Shown here in pieces: positions 18,335 through 32,279 of a DNA stretch of 64,000 bases (the first letter of the stretch is position 1; the number at the start of each line of letters is the position of its first letter). Source of the stretch: Adineta vaga (taxonomy: Eukaryota > Animalia > Rotifera); assembly GCA_021613535.1 (NCBI GenBank), contig CP075494.1:14198001-14262000 (forward strand). The letters run 5' to 3'. Under the pieces are notes generated by a model. The model made no database searches, was not told where the DNA came from, and saw only the letters and a list, made by a program, of their open reading frames with translations. Made by a program: the position numbers and the translations under genes.

Positions 18335-21300
18335 TCAAGACATAAAAGATGAAGTTCTTCTACTTGATCGATACATTTGCATAAGATTAAGAAATAATGG
18401 CAAAGTTTTATTATCAGTTGATTGAATCTTCAAGGATTTTAGAATCTAAATCAAAAATTCATTAAATCAAAAACTTTCAATCTTCAAACAAACCTCATCA
18501 GCATGAGAATACGTATAATCAAACAAATTATGATATATTGAATTATCCAATTGAAATCTTTGATCAATTCCCTAAACGATTCAATAATAAATCTCTAAAA
18601 TCAATCTTCTTATTCTTTTTCTACATACCGTATTCGTTGACGAATATTCCGATGATGAATTATTCGCATGTAGAGTTCGTTGTAAAGTTTCATAATGTAA
18701 TCGAATACGTTGAATTTCATCAGCAAATAAGAAGTTTGTATTTTGTTGATTAAAATTTACATTTGAATTTTGAAATAATTCATTACATAACGAACATTTG
18801 AAGTCGTGTTGTAAACAACAAGCACGTTGAAAAATCATAGCAAGAATATTCATTGAACTGATTAAACATTTATCCAAAGGTATATCATATAAACAATGAA
18901 AATTTTGAAAAAGAAATGGAAGAAAATGAGCATAGAATATATGAAAATATTGTGAATTTTGTTCAATTAATTCACTTAAATAAGTATCATTATGTAAAAC
19001 ATTGGTAAATAATGTTTCAATAAGATTAATTAGAATTGTATGAAGAATAGATTTTGTTTCAAATAATCGATAAGTTTCATTGGGATTATTATTAATTAAA
19101 TAATGATTAAAATCATTACCTATTTCTTCGTATGTATGATTTAATAGATGTATATATCCATTTTGATCATTTTCTTTCGATAAAATTTCACTTGAATTAA
19201 TAAATGGTGATGTTGTTAAATGATGAAAGATGAATTTATCATCTGAAGTTGGTATTGAACAATACTGACAAGATGATCGAAGAGTATTTTCTAGGAAACA
19301 AAAACAAAATTTACGAATGGATATGATTTCCTATTCGAAATACATACTATGCTGTGATGATTGAATTCTTTCAGTTGATAGTATCAATTTAAGTTCGTAA
19401 CCATCGGTAAGAATACCGTAATGTTGTAATGTATTTAATTTTTTCCAATTTTGTACATGTTCATTTGTATTATCAATATCATTTAATAATAAATGATTTG
19501 ATTCACGATATGGATCGTTAATTGTTGTTGTAGAATATTTCATTGTTCGATTGAAAAGTACTTGTGTTAACATCGATTTTCTTACTAAAGGTACACTTGA
19601 TGATGCTGTTGATGACGATGATGATGATGATGAACTTGAACATGAATGATTTGTTAAAAGATAAAGTTTACAATCATGATGAGAATAATTGTTCCAAGAA
19701 TTGATTTGATAGAGAATCTTTTCTTTAACTTGTGAAATTGTATCACATGTTAAACAAGTCAGATTAATTATTAAATCATTTGAATGATTGATATTCAAAT
19801 CAATATGTACAATTAATTGAATAGTTTTAAATGAAATCGATGAATCATGTAAGATTGTATTCATATTTAAAGAATAATAGGACATACTTGATTCAATAGC
19901 ATCGATAGGTCCACTATGAATTTTCGTTTTTAATTGATAATATAATTGAGAAAATAAGGATTGAATTGAATGAATGAAAAAGACATCATATGATGTTAAA
20001 ATACAGATATTGAAATAGATGAAATCATTTTGAAATTGGAATAATTTTTTGAAATCATATCGTTGAGTTAAGATTAAATCATTAAGAATCTGTTGATTAT
20101 TGGATTGAATAGCAAAATGAACGAGAGAATGAACGAAATCATCATGATTTTCCAAAAGAAATTGAAATTGTTCGATTATTTCGGGTTTAATTTGAACTTT
20201 TATTTGATTTGAAGATAGATGATTTGCATAATAACAATGTTGAAGATAATTTACATATGAACGAATAGGAAGTATGGTTACCGATGGAGGACTTATCGAT
20301 TGACAAAATTTTTCTTTTTCCATTTCATGAGATGTCAAACTATCTGCATAGAAATAACGTTGAAGATATTTCTGATGAGTATAACGAATTTTCAAACAAA
20401 CGATTAATAGAATAATCAAAACGATGATTAAGGTTGTGATTAAACATCCACTGATTACACCTAGAAAAGATACATGCACACACATATATATGTGAATAAA
20501 AAGAAGAGAGAAATCTTCTTACCGAGAACGATTAATTTCTTTGGATAGATCATAAATCCTACGTGTGTTTGTATATTATCAATAGAAACAATAATAGATG
20601 GATGTTCAGAATTGTAACAAAGTTGTTTCGTTTTCGAATATTTCTCCGGACGAGATGTTGGTGGTTGACAAATAAGTTTATCATCGTGAAGATCAACAAT
20701 CGGACATAAATCACAACCAATCTTAACTGTTAGATCCGTTTTTATGTGTCCAATTGATGTCAAATTTTTCCCGTGAATAGTTAATTGATTTGAATATGTT
20801 TGTAAAAATGGTTGAAGTTCATAGATTTGCGGATTATCGACATAAATCAATGATGATGTTCGATTAAAATTCTCTAAATAAAGTGTTATTTCAATCATAT
20901 GTTGATTATGTAAATGAAGTTCTTGAAATGAAGGTGTTAAGAATATCAAATGTGTTTTATTTCGTGATAGAGGTGAAACAAATAATTGATGTTGAAATTC
21001 TAATTGAATATTTTGTATGGCTTGAAAATTTTCTCCATGAATGATTATTCGATGACCACCACTTTTGAAACTTTTGTATTGATAATGTTTATCGAATGAA
21101 TATACAATTGGATTTGAAAGAATTGTAAACATTTGTTCATAAATTAATTCAGTTTGATGATCAAAGATTAGTTTAATCGGTTGATTGACGTTTAACATTG
21201 CACGTGAAAATGATCGCGTTTGACATTCGATTTTCATTTGAGATATGGATAATAATGGACAAGATTGATTACCAATCCAAACTGTAATATGACTATTTCC

Positions 21301-24300
21301 AATTGTGAAATTATTCCCAAGAATTGTAACAATGGTTCCACCATTTTGAATACCATTAAGTGGTTCAATAGAATTAATTATTGGATTTATATAAGAAATC
21401 TTTTGAGAAGAAATAATCTGTGGACCATAAGAACCAAATTTTAACTGAACTGATCCAATACGTGTTGTTGATTGAGCATTACCTGATTTACATGTAATTC
21501 TAAATTAAAGATATTAGCATATGATCGATGAATTCAATGTCTCTTACTTTTCATTGGAACTTTCTTCTGGAATAACTTCACATGATACATCAGCGATCTC
21601 AATTGACAAATTAAATAAATCAAAATATCTGCCTTGAATAGTAACGATTGTTCCACCATTGATTGGTAAGAACAATGGTTCGATTGTTTGAATAATTGGT
21701 GTTGAACATTCATGATTTAACGGACATTTGCTGGATTGATTTTTAAACATACATTGATTATTACACCAAATACAATCAAGTGAAGGATCGAGATGTAAGC
21801 ATGATGTACAATTCAATGCCATACGTTCACAACGATACAGAGAAATATGAGTATGTGGAATAATCGATGAAATTTCATTGGAAAAACGAAGAGCAAGATC
21901 TAATTTTAAAGGTCGATGGAACGAAATTCGTTGAGAATTTTCATAATTTATCCATTGAAATGAACAATTCACTAAACAAAGATTCTTTTCATTTGATGAT
22001 CGCATCACTATTGGATTCGATTCTATTAACGAAAACCGTTGTCGACGATCAAACAATTGACAAGATTCGATATCTATCGATTCATTACACTGTTCCATAT
22101 GAACGACAAATGTTTTATCCATAAGATAGGGTAAACGTTCGGTTGATTGAGTTAAATACATTTGTGGACATTGATCCGATACCGTAATATTCTCATGTGA
22201 TTGTGCAGTACATTTGACTGTTTGTGGATTCCATGAACATAAATTTGAATTTGAATGACACGATGAACAAGAAAGAAAATTTGAACAATTTACAAAGATT
22301 AGATCATAAAATCCAAATGTAAGATTTGTATTTTTATGATAAATTGATAGAATAAAATTATAAACAGCTAAAAAGATAATCGAATAATAATATGAAACAT
22401 AAAATAAGTCTTTTTTCTTTCTAACCTTCAGTTGTATTGTTTAATAAAGGTGATAAACATTGAATCATTCCATTATTAAAAGTAATATTTGTAAAATAGA
22501 ATTCATCTTGATCAATTCTATTAAATCGACACATATATTCATGGATATGATTTCGTAACGGAACATTGATGATGACTTGTAACTAAAAATTCACTTATAA
22601 ACTCTGAGAAAACATCTTTTTGAAAAGTATTTACTTCAGTAATCGATTGATCTAATAAAACGTTTTCAGGAATTACTCGTTCAATACTTGTACACATATC
22701 ATTTCTTTTATCTTTCGTTTTTTCACGAGTACATTCAAATGTAGCTGCACATCTACAAACAAGAAAACTATTCTGTATGTATCAGTAATTCTTCAGTCAT
22801 ACCTGTTTTCCGTTGAACACCAATGACAAAGTGTAATATTTGAACATTCATTGCATGTGGTATACTGTTCACATGTACTTAAATTTTGTTTAATTATCTA
22901 AAATTTTAATTGATACATCAGATTTCGAACAAGAAAATCCATCGTTAGAAAATACCTGATTATCAGTGAGAATGACTAATTTTGTTCGTTGTTGAATTAT
23001 TTGTAAATCGACAATGATTTTCGATTGAAAATATTGTTTAGCAATTTCATTTGTATCCGATGTATAAAACTACATTGGAAAATAAGAAATCCAAATACAC
23101 ATGTATGAAAACAACATCTCAAATAGAAATTTACCGAATAAACAGTTCCATTATCATCACCCACAAAAATCATCGAATCATTTTCATATTCTCCGATTTC
23201 AATTGTTGTTAAATTAACTCGTTCATTCAATTCAATAATCATCTCAGTTTGTTCCAAAGATCGATGTCCACCAATAGGATATTGAAAAAAACTTTCATTC
23301 TCATCTGGACAATAATCATGATTGATTTCATTTAGATTCTAAATTCAAAAACTTTCTTTTATCTTTTCTGCACATTATCTTCTTCTCTTCACTTACTTTA
23401 CTCGATACACAATGAGTATCTGGACTAATATAACCTAAACCTCGATGTCCTTTTCCATCGACAAGACAACGTTTAATTGTTTGAAAGAAGCCTTCTTGAA
23501 TTGTATCAATTGAATATGAACAAATTGCATGTGATGTACTCGTTAAGTTTGCCAATGATGTATTTCGAAATAATCCATAGAGAATATTTTTGTCTTGTGA
23601 ATATTTTGCAGTGATTAAATAGTGATAATTTTTTCCACATGTAAGAGGAATTTCAATATAACTTTTGATAATTGATTGATTGAATGTTTGACAAAAACGT
23701 AAGATTTTTGTTTGTAATCTATGTTTATGATAAATATCAGCTTGTTGAATTGTTAGAAAATATGAAAATGTTTTATATTGAAATGCATATAAATAATGAA
23801 GAAAAAAATCTTTAATTAAACGATTATTTAATAAACGTAATGTATATGTCGATTGTTGTAATGCTGATTGACCTGAATTCAATTGTATAATTGATAAGAA
23901 ATCTTTTTCAAATAAATTTCGACCACTAATTGTTGGAATTTCATAGAATGGATCACATTGTGAATCGTATGTATTCGCTAAATAAAGAATTTGATTGCTT
24001 TTATTAATCAAACCAATGGATGAATAGAAGGGTGAAGATGATACAAGACGTTGAGAAGTATTTCGAATAAGATTTAGATTAATTAAAGAACGTAATTGAC
24101 AAGAACCACCACGATTCAATGTTGAACATGTTAAGATCGAATTATTAGTTAATAGAAGTAATTGATTAAATGTCTGATTGAATGAAAGATTTAAATATGA
24201 TGATATGGAAAAATAATAATGAAGTTTTGATAAGGTTGTTTGATTTGATAATAAACATTGATGATCGAATTTTGTTGGTGAGAGATCAATTTCGGATAGA

Positions 24301-24464
24301 ATTGATAAATCACTTGCATTTAATGAATAGAGATGATTTACAGATGCTAAGATAATTGTATCTGTAGAATTCTCATAGATAAAACGTTGTAATGGATTAG
24401 AAAAATGAAGGCTTATTGAATGAATAAATGGAATAAAATAGAAAATAAATAGAAATGAATACAT
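18335..24464 (-). CDS. Divergent plexin (signal peptide, Sema, PSI, IPT repeats, TM, RBD and degenerate GAP segments)
   Basis: Sema motifs (LASVNHLYSL, RFCQ...SYIEIPLTC, SHAICSYS) and PSI (CTSCLHL...CIWC). IPT repeats (IEPLFLPINGGTIVTIQG). TM at ~20390-20460. GPIDAI, CDTISQVKEKIL and KLNTLQHYGI in the cytoplasmic region. The final spliced exons give HNLFDYTYSHADEILKSL...SFMS*. Confidence 0.88.
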
Positions 24465-27400
24465 ATGAGATCTAAAAAAAGAGAAATACAAATGATTAAT
24501 GATGAAATCTTTGTTTTGTCGAAACAAATGTGTGAAATGAATATCGAAAGAAAAGATCAAACAATGTATAAGATGTGAAGGTTATCACATTCCTTCTTTT
24601 TTTTTCTTCTTACGGTCAAATTAATGAGCGGCAAGCGTGTATAAAAGAAAACAAACAAGAAATCTCGAACTAGGTCATTCGAGAATAAGAATTTCAGATA
24701 ATACATCTTTGTATTCGAAGAAAAAATATCAATTGATTAGAAAACAATAGGTCAAGTTTAATTAGCTGAACGACACGAAGGGTCAAAAACAGACAAAAGA
24801 TAGTTTTATTCGACGAAAGTCTATAACAATTAACAAATATAGGTGTCTCGACGCCTAATGTCATACGTGTCATCGATAGTTAGTATCATCGAAAGTATAC
24901 ACACGATCAGTGACCCATTATCATCATTGTCTCGAATGCATATGAACATACTATCATTGATGTACAACGGGGTCTTTTTTCTCTCTTTTCTTTTCCTATT
25001 CATAGACTTACAAAGAGAAATAAAAACGGATTTATAATTGTAAGAACAAACAATGTAATCATTGAATTGGAATCAAGATGTTTTACATCTGATTAGAATA
25101 AAAATAGTAGAAAAAAAGTCTAATCCGGAAAACAAGCTTATGTTCAAATATGTCTCGATTACTTGACGATGCATGAATAGAAATGATCACGACAATAAAT
25201 ACCTGAGAAAAAAGGAAATCCGCTAAACTTTTGAGAATGTATGAATAGACATACAACGACAAGAGAATATGTCTAATCGATTTTTATATGTACATTGTTA
25301 TTCTTACTGATGAATATAAATGTCATTAAGATGACATTGATACAGTTATATTTGAAAAGTCACAATAAGAATTACTCTTTGTTCTATATATAAACAAAAC
25401 GAATTTCAATACGTCAACTTGTCAAATGAAAAGAGAAGGATATGATCGAATATCAGTATATGAAGTCATATGTCTTATCTTAGCATTTCTATTTCGTAAT
25501 AAAGCATTACTAATGTAACTATTATTTCACTTAAATATCGATCAATGAACATAAGACAGACATAGACAAAATGGATAGAAAGAGAGAAAGAGAGAAGAAA
25601 AAAAACGAGTTGATTGGATGCCTTAAACTATATTTCAAGTAACTATACGATAAAAAACAAACTGTCTGATGTGTTCACTAGAACTAAATTCATTCCCTTG
25701 TGGTAACATATCCAGACTGACAATGATGGCATAAAAGATTAGAAAAGACACATAACACAACTTAAACAAACGATTATGTTAGATGGAAACATCTACATGC
25801 GCGCACATGCTGCGTGCATAGAAAAGTGAATAATTTCAAGTTGTATATATGTAAATATTGCTCTCATGTGGTATGTCGAGACATTGAATCACACTTCTTT
25901 TAAGTATCAATCGATTCTAACAATGATGATGATGATTACATGAGTTCACACATTTTCCAGTCATAAAAAATACGAAATGTGCTATCGTAATGATACAAAG
26001 AAAAAAGAAGGGTCACAAACGTTTACTATCATTAATTTGATTCGGAAACACTGACATCCGATTAGGATGAGAGAGAGAGAGAACGAATAAAACAAGCATT
26101 GAAATCAACTGACCAACAGAAAGAAAAAGAAAGATTGCTTCGCTAAACGAACCGCAACATCAGCGACGGCGGCGGCGGCGACAATTGATACAGACTCCTA
26201 GTAATGTAATTGTATTAGTTATTCTAATTCTAGCTTGTCTTCTATGTATGTCGGTTTCGTTTATAAGCAATTTGATTTATTCATTATATTGTCCGTCGGT
26301 CAACTGAAGAGCATGTGTACGTGTGAACGCGTGCAATGTTGATGATTTTTATGTCTAAAGTAAATCAATACAATCGACTAGAGTCTCGCAATTCAATCTA
26401 GAAAAGAAAAGAAAAGAACAAAAAAAAATATTAATAAATATAATCAGAAGTCAAGAGGACAACGAACATATTCATACCAATCGATCTTCTCATCGATATA
26501 TTATAAACAATGTCAGTCCTATCAGTATAACATTCGATTATTTATAATAGATATGTTAGCAAAAAAGTAGTACACTTCTGTCTCGTTTACATAAAACTGA
26601 CAGGAACAGTAATAGCATTCATTTATTCGTCTCATTAAAGATGATATAATCACATATAATTACATGTTGTCTGTTTGGATTGTTTCATTTCGGCAATGGA
26701 ATAAACTTTCAATATTGAATGAACAACGTTTTCATCATTTGATTTAAATATACATCGAATATATGTCGATTAAATTCTATTTATTATATAATAAATCTCT
26801 TCGTATGAGTGCATGTATGTATACACTTAACTAGGCATCAGCGTTTCTCTATTATAAGCACATTAATCTTTCACGCTATGTATGCATGGATGTTGACATT
26901 AAAAAAATAAATGTGTACTTGAACTGAACACCATCGACATGAACAATCTATGAAGCATAAAATCTTGTCAAGGAAAAGGAAAAAGAACATAGAACTTACT
27001 CTTTAGTGATGAAAGAGATTGGAAGTGACTATCATTAATGTTGAACAATGATAGTATTGATCATAGTCAGATATGTATGACGCAAGATCCGAAATGCTAC
27101 AGGCATATTCAGGAAGGAACAAAAAAGAAACATCAAGCTAATTCAAAAAGTATCAGATATACTATTGAAAATTAGTATATTATATTTAATTGAATAGAGA
27201 AGCTATGTTGATAATATGAATGAACGAAAAAGAAACTCATTTTGATCTTATCATCAAAACATCTATTATTATAAATATTTGTACGATTCATTCAACCATT
27301 CTTACTGTCCGAAAGACAGTTCATATACATCTCAATGAATGATATGATGATGATGATGATGATTGTATTGATATTATACTACGAATTCGTTTAACAAGAT

Positions 27401-29513
27401 GACAGGATAGTTGATCGTTTTGTACAATAGATGACACAATCGTAAGTAGAAATTTATCTGTCTATACTTTTATTTTCATTCACTCATTGACAAGCAACTA
27501 GAAAGTTATAGAGTTGATCAAATAAATTTACGCTTGATGATTTTCAAATATTACACAACTTGTACATAAGAAGTACGGTTCATCAAACATATCGATGGAC
27601 AGGAAACTTACTTGTTAACACATTTTTTTATGAACATAATTGAATATGATGCAGAAGAAGAAGAAGAAGAAGAAATTACCAGATGTATGGTCAATCGTTC
27701 GGTTATTTTAATAACACACAAAAGAATCATATCGAATGATCTACGATAAATTTTGACAAGTCATTTTCTTGTAGAAATAAAAGATCATGGGCGGATACAC
27801 TGATTGACATTCTTCATAATACTTTAGAGAAATAAAACCGCGTACTGTCGGTTAATGAATCACTTGAAATAAAAGAACAAAATAGATTGCAAATGATGAT
27901 TAGATACAAACTAGAAAAAATGACGTTGAAGTTGAGCGCGAGTACTTGTTCAATGTGTTCACACACACACACTCATAATGTGCTAATGATAAGAAGACAA
28001 AAATCAACTAATTAGGTCAACTACTTGTCGTCCATCTGTCTATGAATTTCTTCTTTCGTATAAAGACAAGACTTTGTCTTGTGAAAGGAAATTATTCGAT
28101 CAATTAAATATTCGGAAACAACATCGTTTGTGTATCTTTAACCGGATCACATAGGAAAAGAAAGATAAGTGAATAAAATGTCTTACCACTTGCCGTACAA
28201 GGTCTAGTCAACATTACATTTATATCTTGAAATAATAACTTTCTTCGTATTGTCATCACAAGATTAGTGTAGTTAAGATTGAAAGTATTCGTTAGGAATG
28301 TGAATGCATTAGAATGACCAGAAATTATATCATCGCATCTCTTTTTTGTCACGCAAGCTGTTAGCAAATGAACGTTGTAACATCAAAGCAATGGTCACTT
28401 TAGAAGAGGAAGAAAACTACATAACTAATATGTCACAATCTCTTCGGTCACCAGCTGGCATCTTAACATTCTTGTATCGAAATTGAACAATGTGAAGAAA
28501 AGTTTTATTTGTTTTTGATTGAAACATTCATCGTATATGTGTGAAATCCATTGTTATTTCGACATGAACAATATTCATTATCATACTAGACAGACGATTA
28601 ACCGAGTTTTTCTTTTTCTTTCCATACAATTGTTATTCTATCTATATTCAGTTGAACAATTGCTATCGATCTACTATGTATTCACTTGATCTAACTAATG
28701 AGTTTCCATCAGACAATGAATTGTTTATTGAACCGTAATCAATAATGACCTTGTGCCGCTGGGATGGTCATCTTTTCTTTTTTTTTCGTTCATCAAAGTA
28801 TATTTCACAAAGCAAAAAGGCAATTAGTTCAATATCAAATCATGATTATGATGTTTCTTTCGATCTAATTAAGCATATGTACAGATGGTGAAATGATTTT
28901 CTTATCATTATATATATATTTATATTCATATATTTATATAATTATTCAAATGAAATAACAACGTAGACACGAAAAAGAAATGTAAGCAATAAAAGACGAA
29001 CAGAAAAAGAAAACGAGTAGAGAATGAATATCTAGCTGAGATGATAATTCATTAGGGTTTAAAATCTGTCAAATATGAAAATTAAAAATGGACGAAATAA
29101 GTTTTTCAATAGATATAGAGATATGTAGAGTAAAATTAAAGAAGAAAAAAAACAAAAAACAAAATGGAATGTAAATAAAGAAAAGAACGGAATTCGATTG
29201 TCATAGAATCGTTCGATATATGCTTTTGTTTTTTACAAAACAAAAAACTGGAATGTAGATTATAGATATTCTGTTGCTTGATCATCATAGTAGTTCATCC
29301 GAAGCAAGAAGAAAAGACTAGAAATTAATAAGCACATAGAATAGAAGAATATTTACAAATGATAAAGTAAAGAGATGTTCATGATAAGCATGTAGAGATT
29401 ATTCCCAAGACCGGTCATGTTTCGTGTTGAACAAAAACAAAACAGGAAAAGAATATGCACCGGCGTTGACTCAAAGATCGTTGTTTATTTTGATTCTTTT
29501 GTTATTTTCTTTC

Positions 29514-31222
29514 TTATAATCGTTCATTTTCAAAATCTTCTTCTTTTATTCGTCCAGTTTTAATATCATCAATACCAGCCCATAAATCAAAGATAAATTC
29601 ATCCGTAAAATTAAATGCACCGATTTCGGATTCATCAATAGCCATAGCAAAATCACTTGGATTCTTTTTATTCTGTGCTAAATCCCAAATTTGTTGTGCT
29701 AGAAAAGAAAAAGAATTATTCGTTACTCAAATCTCAGACAAAGCTGAAACAATAAGAAATATCATTTGAAAATCATATAGATTTAAAATAAATATCATCA
29801 TCGATTTGAGAACTTACCAAGATCAGAATCATGAATGCCCATAAATGTTTCAAGAAGAGAATTGATACGATCAATTGCTTTTACCATTTTATCATCAACA
29901 TCTTCTACACTTGCATTACCATCGGCTTTAAAACGAAGAGTTTTCGTACCACTTTTAACATCGCCTGGTCGACGACCACGTTTAGCTGGTTCAACATCTA
30001 AATAGATTTTGAACTAGTATTAATCATCATCATCATCATTTATCAAAAACATATCTCGATAAATTCTCCTTTATATCAAGTTCTTTTGAAAGTCATCCTT
30101 CGATTCTACAGACTGATACGTATCGAAAAACAGGTTTTTGTCATAGACTGATAAATATACTAGTCAAGGTTTTGAAAAGGTGCATCGAAGGTTATCGACT
30201 ACTATCGACCTAAGACACTCAAACACAATTTCACGCATTTAATAGATAATTTAATTTAATTATATTCTGTCTCGATATTTAACAACATTCGTTTCAAATT
30301 GAACTGACTGGAAAGGTTTTATCAATAAAAACATGATTTTAAACATAGATGAATTTGCAAAGAGTTCGTCTATACTTACGAAATCCAAAAGCATTTGGTT
30401 CTACTAAACGCATTGTGAATGTAGCACCAACAGGAAGTTCTTTGAGCATTTTTGCTACTTCAAAATGTCGTGTACCAACTAAAGATTTATCATTGATCTT
30501 TTCAATATGATCACCAACTTTAATTAATGTTTTTAATCGATCAATAATACTTCCATCTTTAATGCGTTTGATAAAAGCATAACCTATTTTTATCGAAATA
30601 AAAGACAAAATTTCATTTGAAAAAGAAAAAAGAATTTAAACAAACCTGCTCCATTATCAGTAATAGTTAAACCAAGAGCAGGTTCAGATTTGACAATATC
30701 AATTTCTTTCGGTTGTCCTTTGACATGGGCAAAGATAAAATCAGTTAAACCAATTTGTCCACCCAATAATTGAGTCATATCAATTTTATGTGTATTCAAT
30801 GTACAAAACAGAATCTTTGAAAAACAAAAACGAAAGTTTGTTTAGAAACAAAAAAAACAGAGCAAATCTCATCTCCTTACTGATGATGCTGGAATTTCAA
30901 AACAAGCAGCGATCTTTTGATATAATTCCCTAACATTACTAAAACCTGATATTAGACCTGTTGGACTACCATGAGCTAATTGACAATGAAAAATAAGTTT
31001 GGGTGTTTCTCCATTCGTCGAACTTGTTGTTGAACGTTGACTGCTTGAAGAAGAATATGAAGATTGTCGATTCGATGGAACTGCATTTGTTGGATTTGCA
31101 TTTGCATTTGTTGTTGTTGTTGTTGATGCTGCTGCTGTTGTATCTGAGACAGATGGAATAATTCCATTGATTGGATCATCTTTTTTTGTTTGAGATTTTC
31201 GTCGTGGAGGAAAGATGGGCAT
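29514..31222 (-). CDS. GIPC: PDZ domain-containing protein GIPC (GH1-PDZ-GH2)
   Basis: [86 protein letters not shown] and [12 protein letters not shown]. Stop at 29514. Confidence 0.95.
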
Positions 31223-31689
31223 GTTGAATGATTAATTAACGTTTTTTTTTCTACACGCATACACAAGAATCTTGAAAAAAAAGAGAAAAATTTGTTGAAT
31301 TATGGTACATTAGAAATGTAAAATATATTGACAACATTTTATCGACAACCTTATGTCAATAAAAGTCTCATCTTACTCTCTTTAGTTACTCTCAATTCTG
31401 TAATAGATGAAGATAAACAAATAAATAGCATTTGTTGTTTAGTTCACAAACATTCAATTCATTGGTTGAAACATTCCTACAATCAGAATGAAAATGAACA
31501 GAATAGATGAAAGCTCCTTGACAACATACATCATTATGGTATAGAAAACAAGAGATAGTGAGACGACAGGAGAAAGAAAGAAAGAAAGAAAGAAAAAAAA
31601 AAGAAAAACAACTCGCCATCTATTATTCATAATACAAAAACATTTCAGAACACTTATGTTCAGTTTGATGGGAATTTGATAAGTGTGTT

Positions 31690-32010
31690 ATGGTAAATAA
31701 AGAAATATGACTTATTTTTTCCTATTTATTTTCTTGTTTATAGCCTGTACCAAAGAGTAAACCAAGTGGTGCTGTTGTACGCTCCTCGAGTGCCTCATCG
31801 AAACGTAAAATTCGACAAAAAAGTACTTCACCGAAACGTAAAGCTCGTGCTAAAAGTGCCAATGTACGTCCAGAAATCGATGTTCTATCACCGGCAGCTG
31901 TTATTAATGCGTATTACATATGTCATGATGTATCGGATTGTTTAGAAGCGCGTGGTTTTCGATGGGAAGGAGGAAAAAAAGGTCGAAAAAAAAAGAAAAA
32001 GAAATCGTGA
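31690..32010 (+). CDS. SMKR1: Small lysine-rich protein 1 homolog; exon 1 is the ATG only (31690-31692), intron 31693-31743
   Basis: Spliced product MPVPKSKP...[47 protein letters not shown] matches the SMKR1 core as recalled ([28 protein letters not shown].W). Absent from the ORF track. Confidence 0.85.
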
Positions 32011-32279
32011 ATTTCAAGTGCTTAGTCTTTTTTACTCTTCGAGTTTTCATCTTTTGTGAACAAATGCTTTTCTTTTCTTTTTTTCATTCATGCCTTATGA
32101 ACAATTAAGAGTCTTATACGTATATTATTCTGCTTAAATTGGTGGCTTATTTAATATCTACTACTTGAATCAATAAATTTACTTCTCAAATTATATATCT
32201 TTTCTTTTTCTTTTTGAATATAAACGATATGAAAAGGTATTTATTATCTAAATAATAGACAAAACTAAATTGTATTATA

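Noticed and set aside
28104-28367. 87 aa minus-strand ORF in the large intergenic region
   Set aside because: Non-ATG start, no recognisable motif and no supporting splice structure.
18335-31222. Plexin next to GIPC as a functional receptor-adaptor cluster (GIPC binds Plexin-D1)
   Set aside because: The modelled plexin ends in SFMS, which is not a class I PDZ-binding motif like SEA. The adjacency may be chance.
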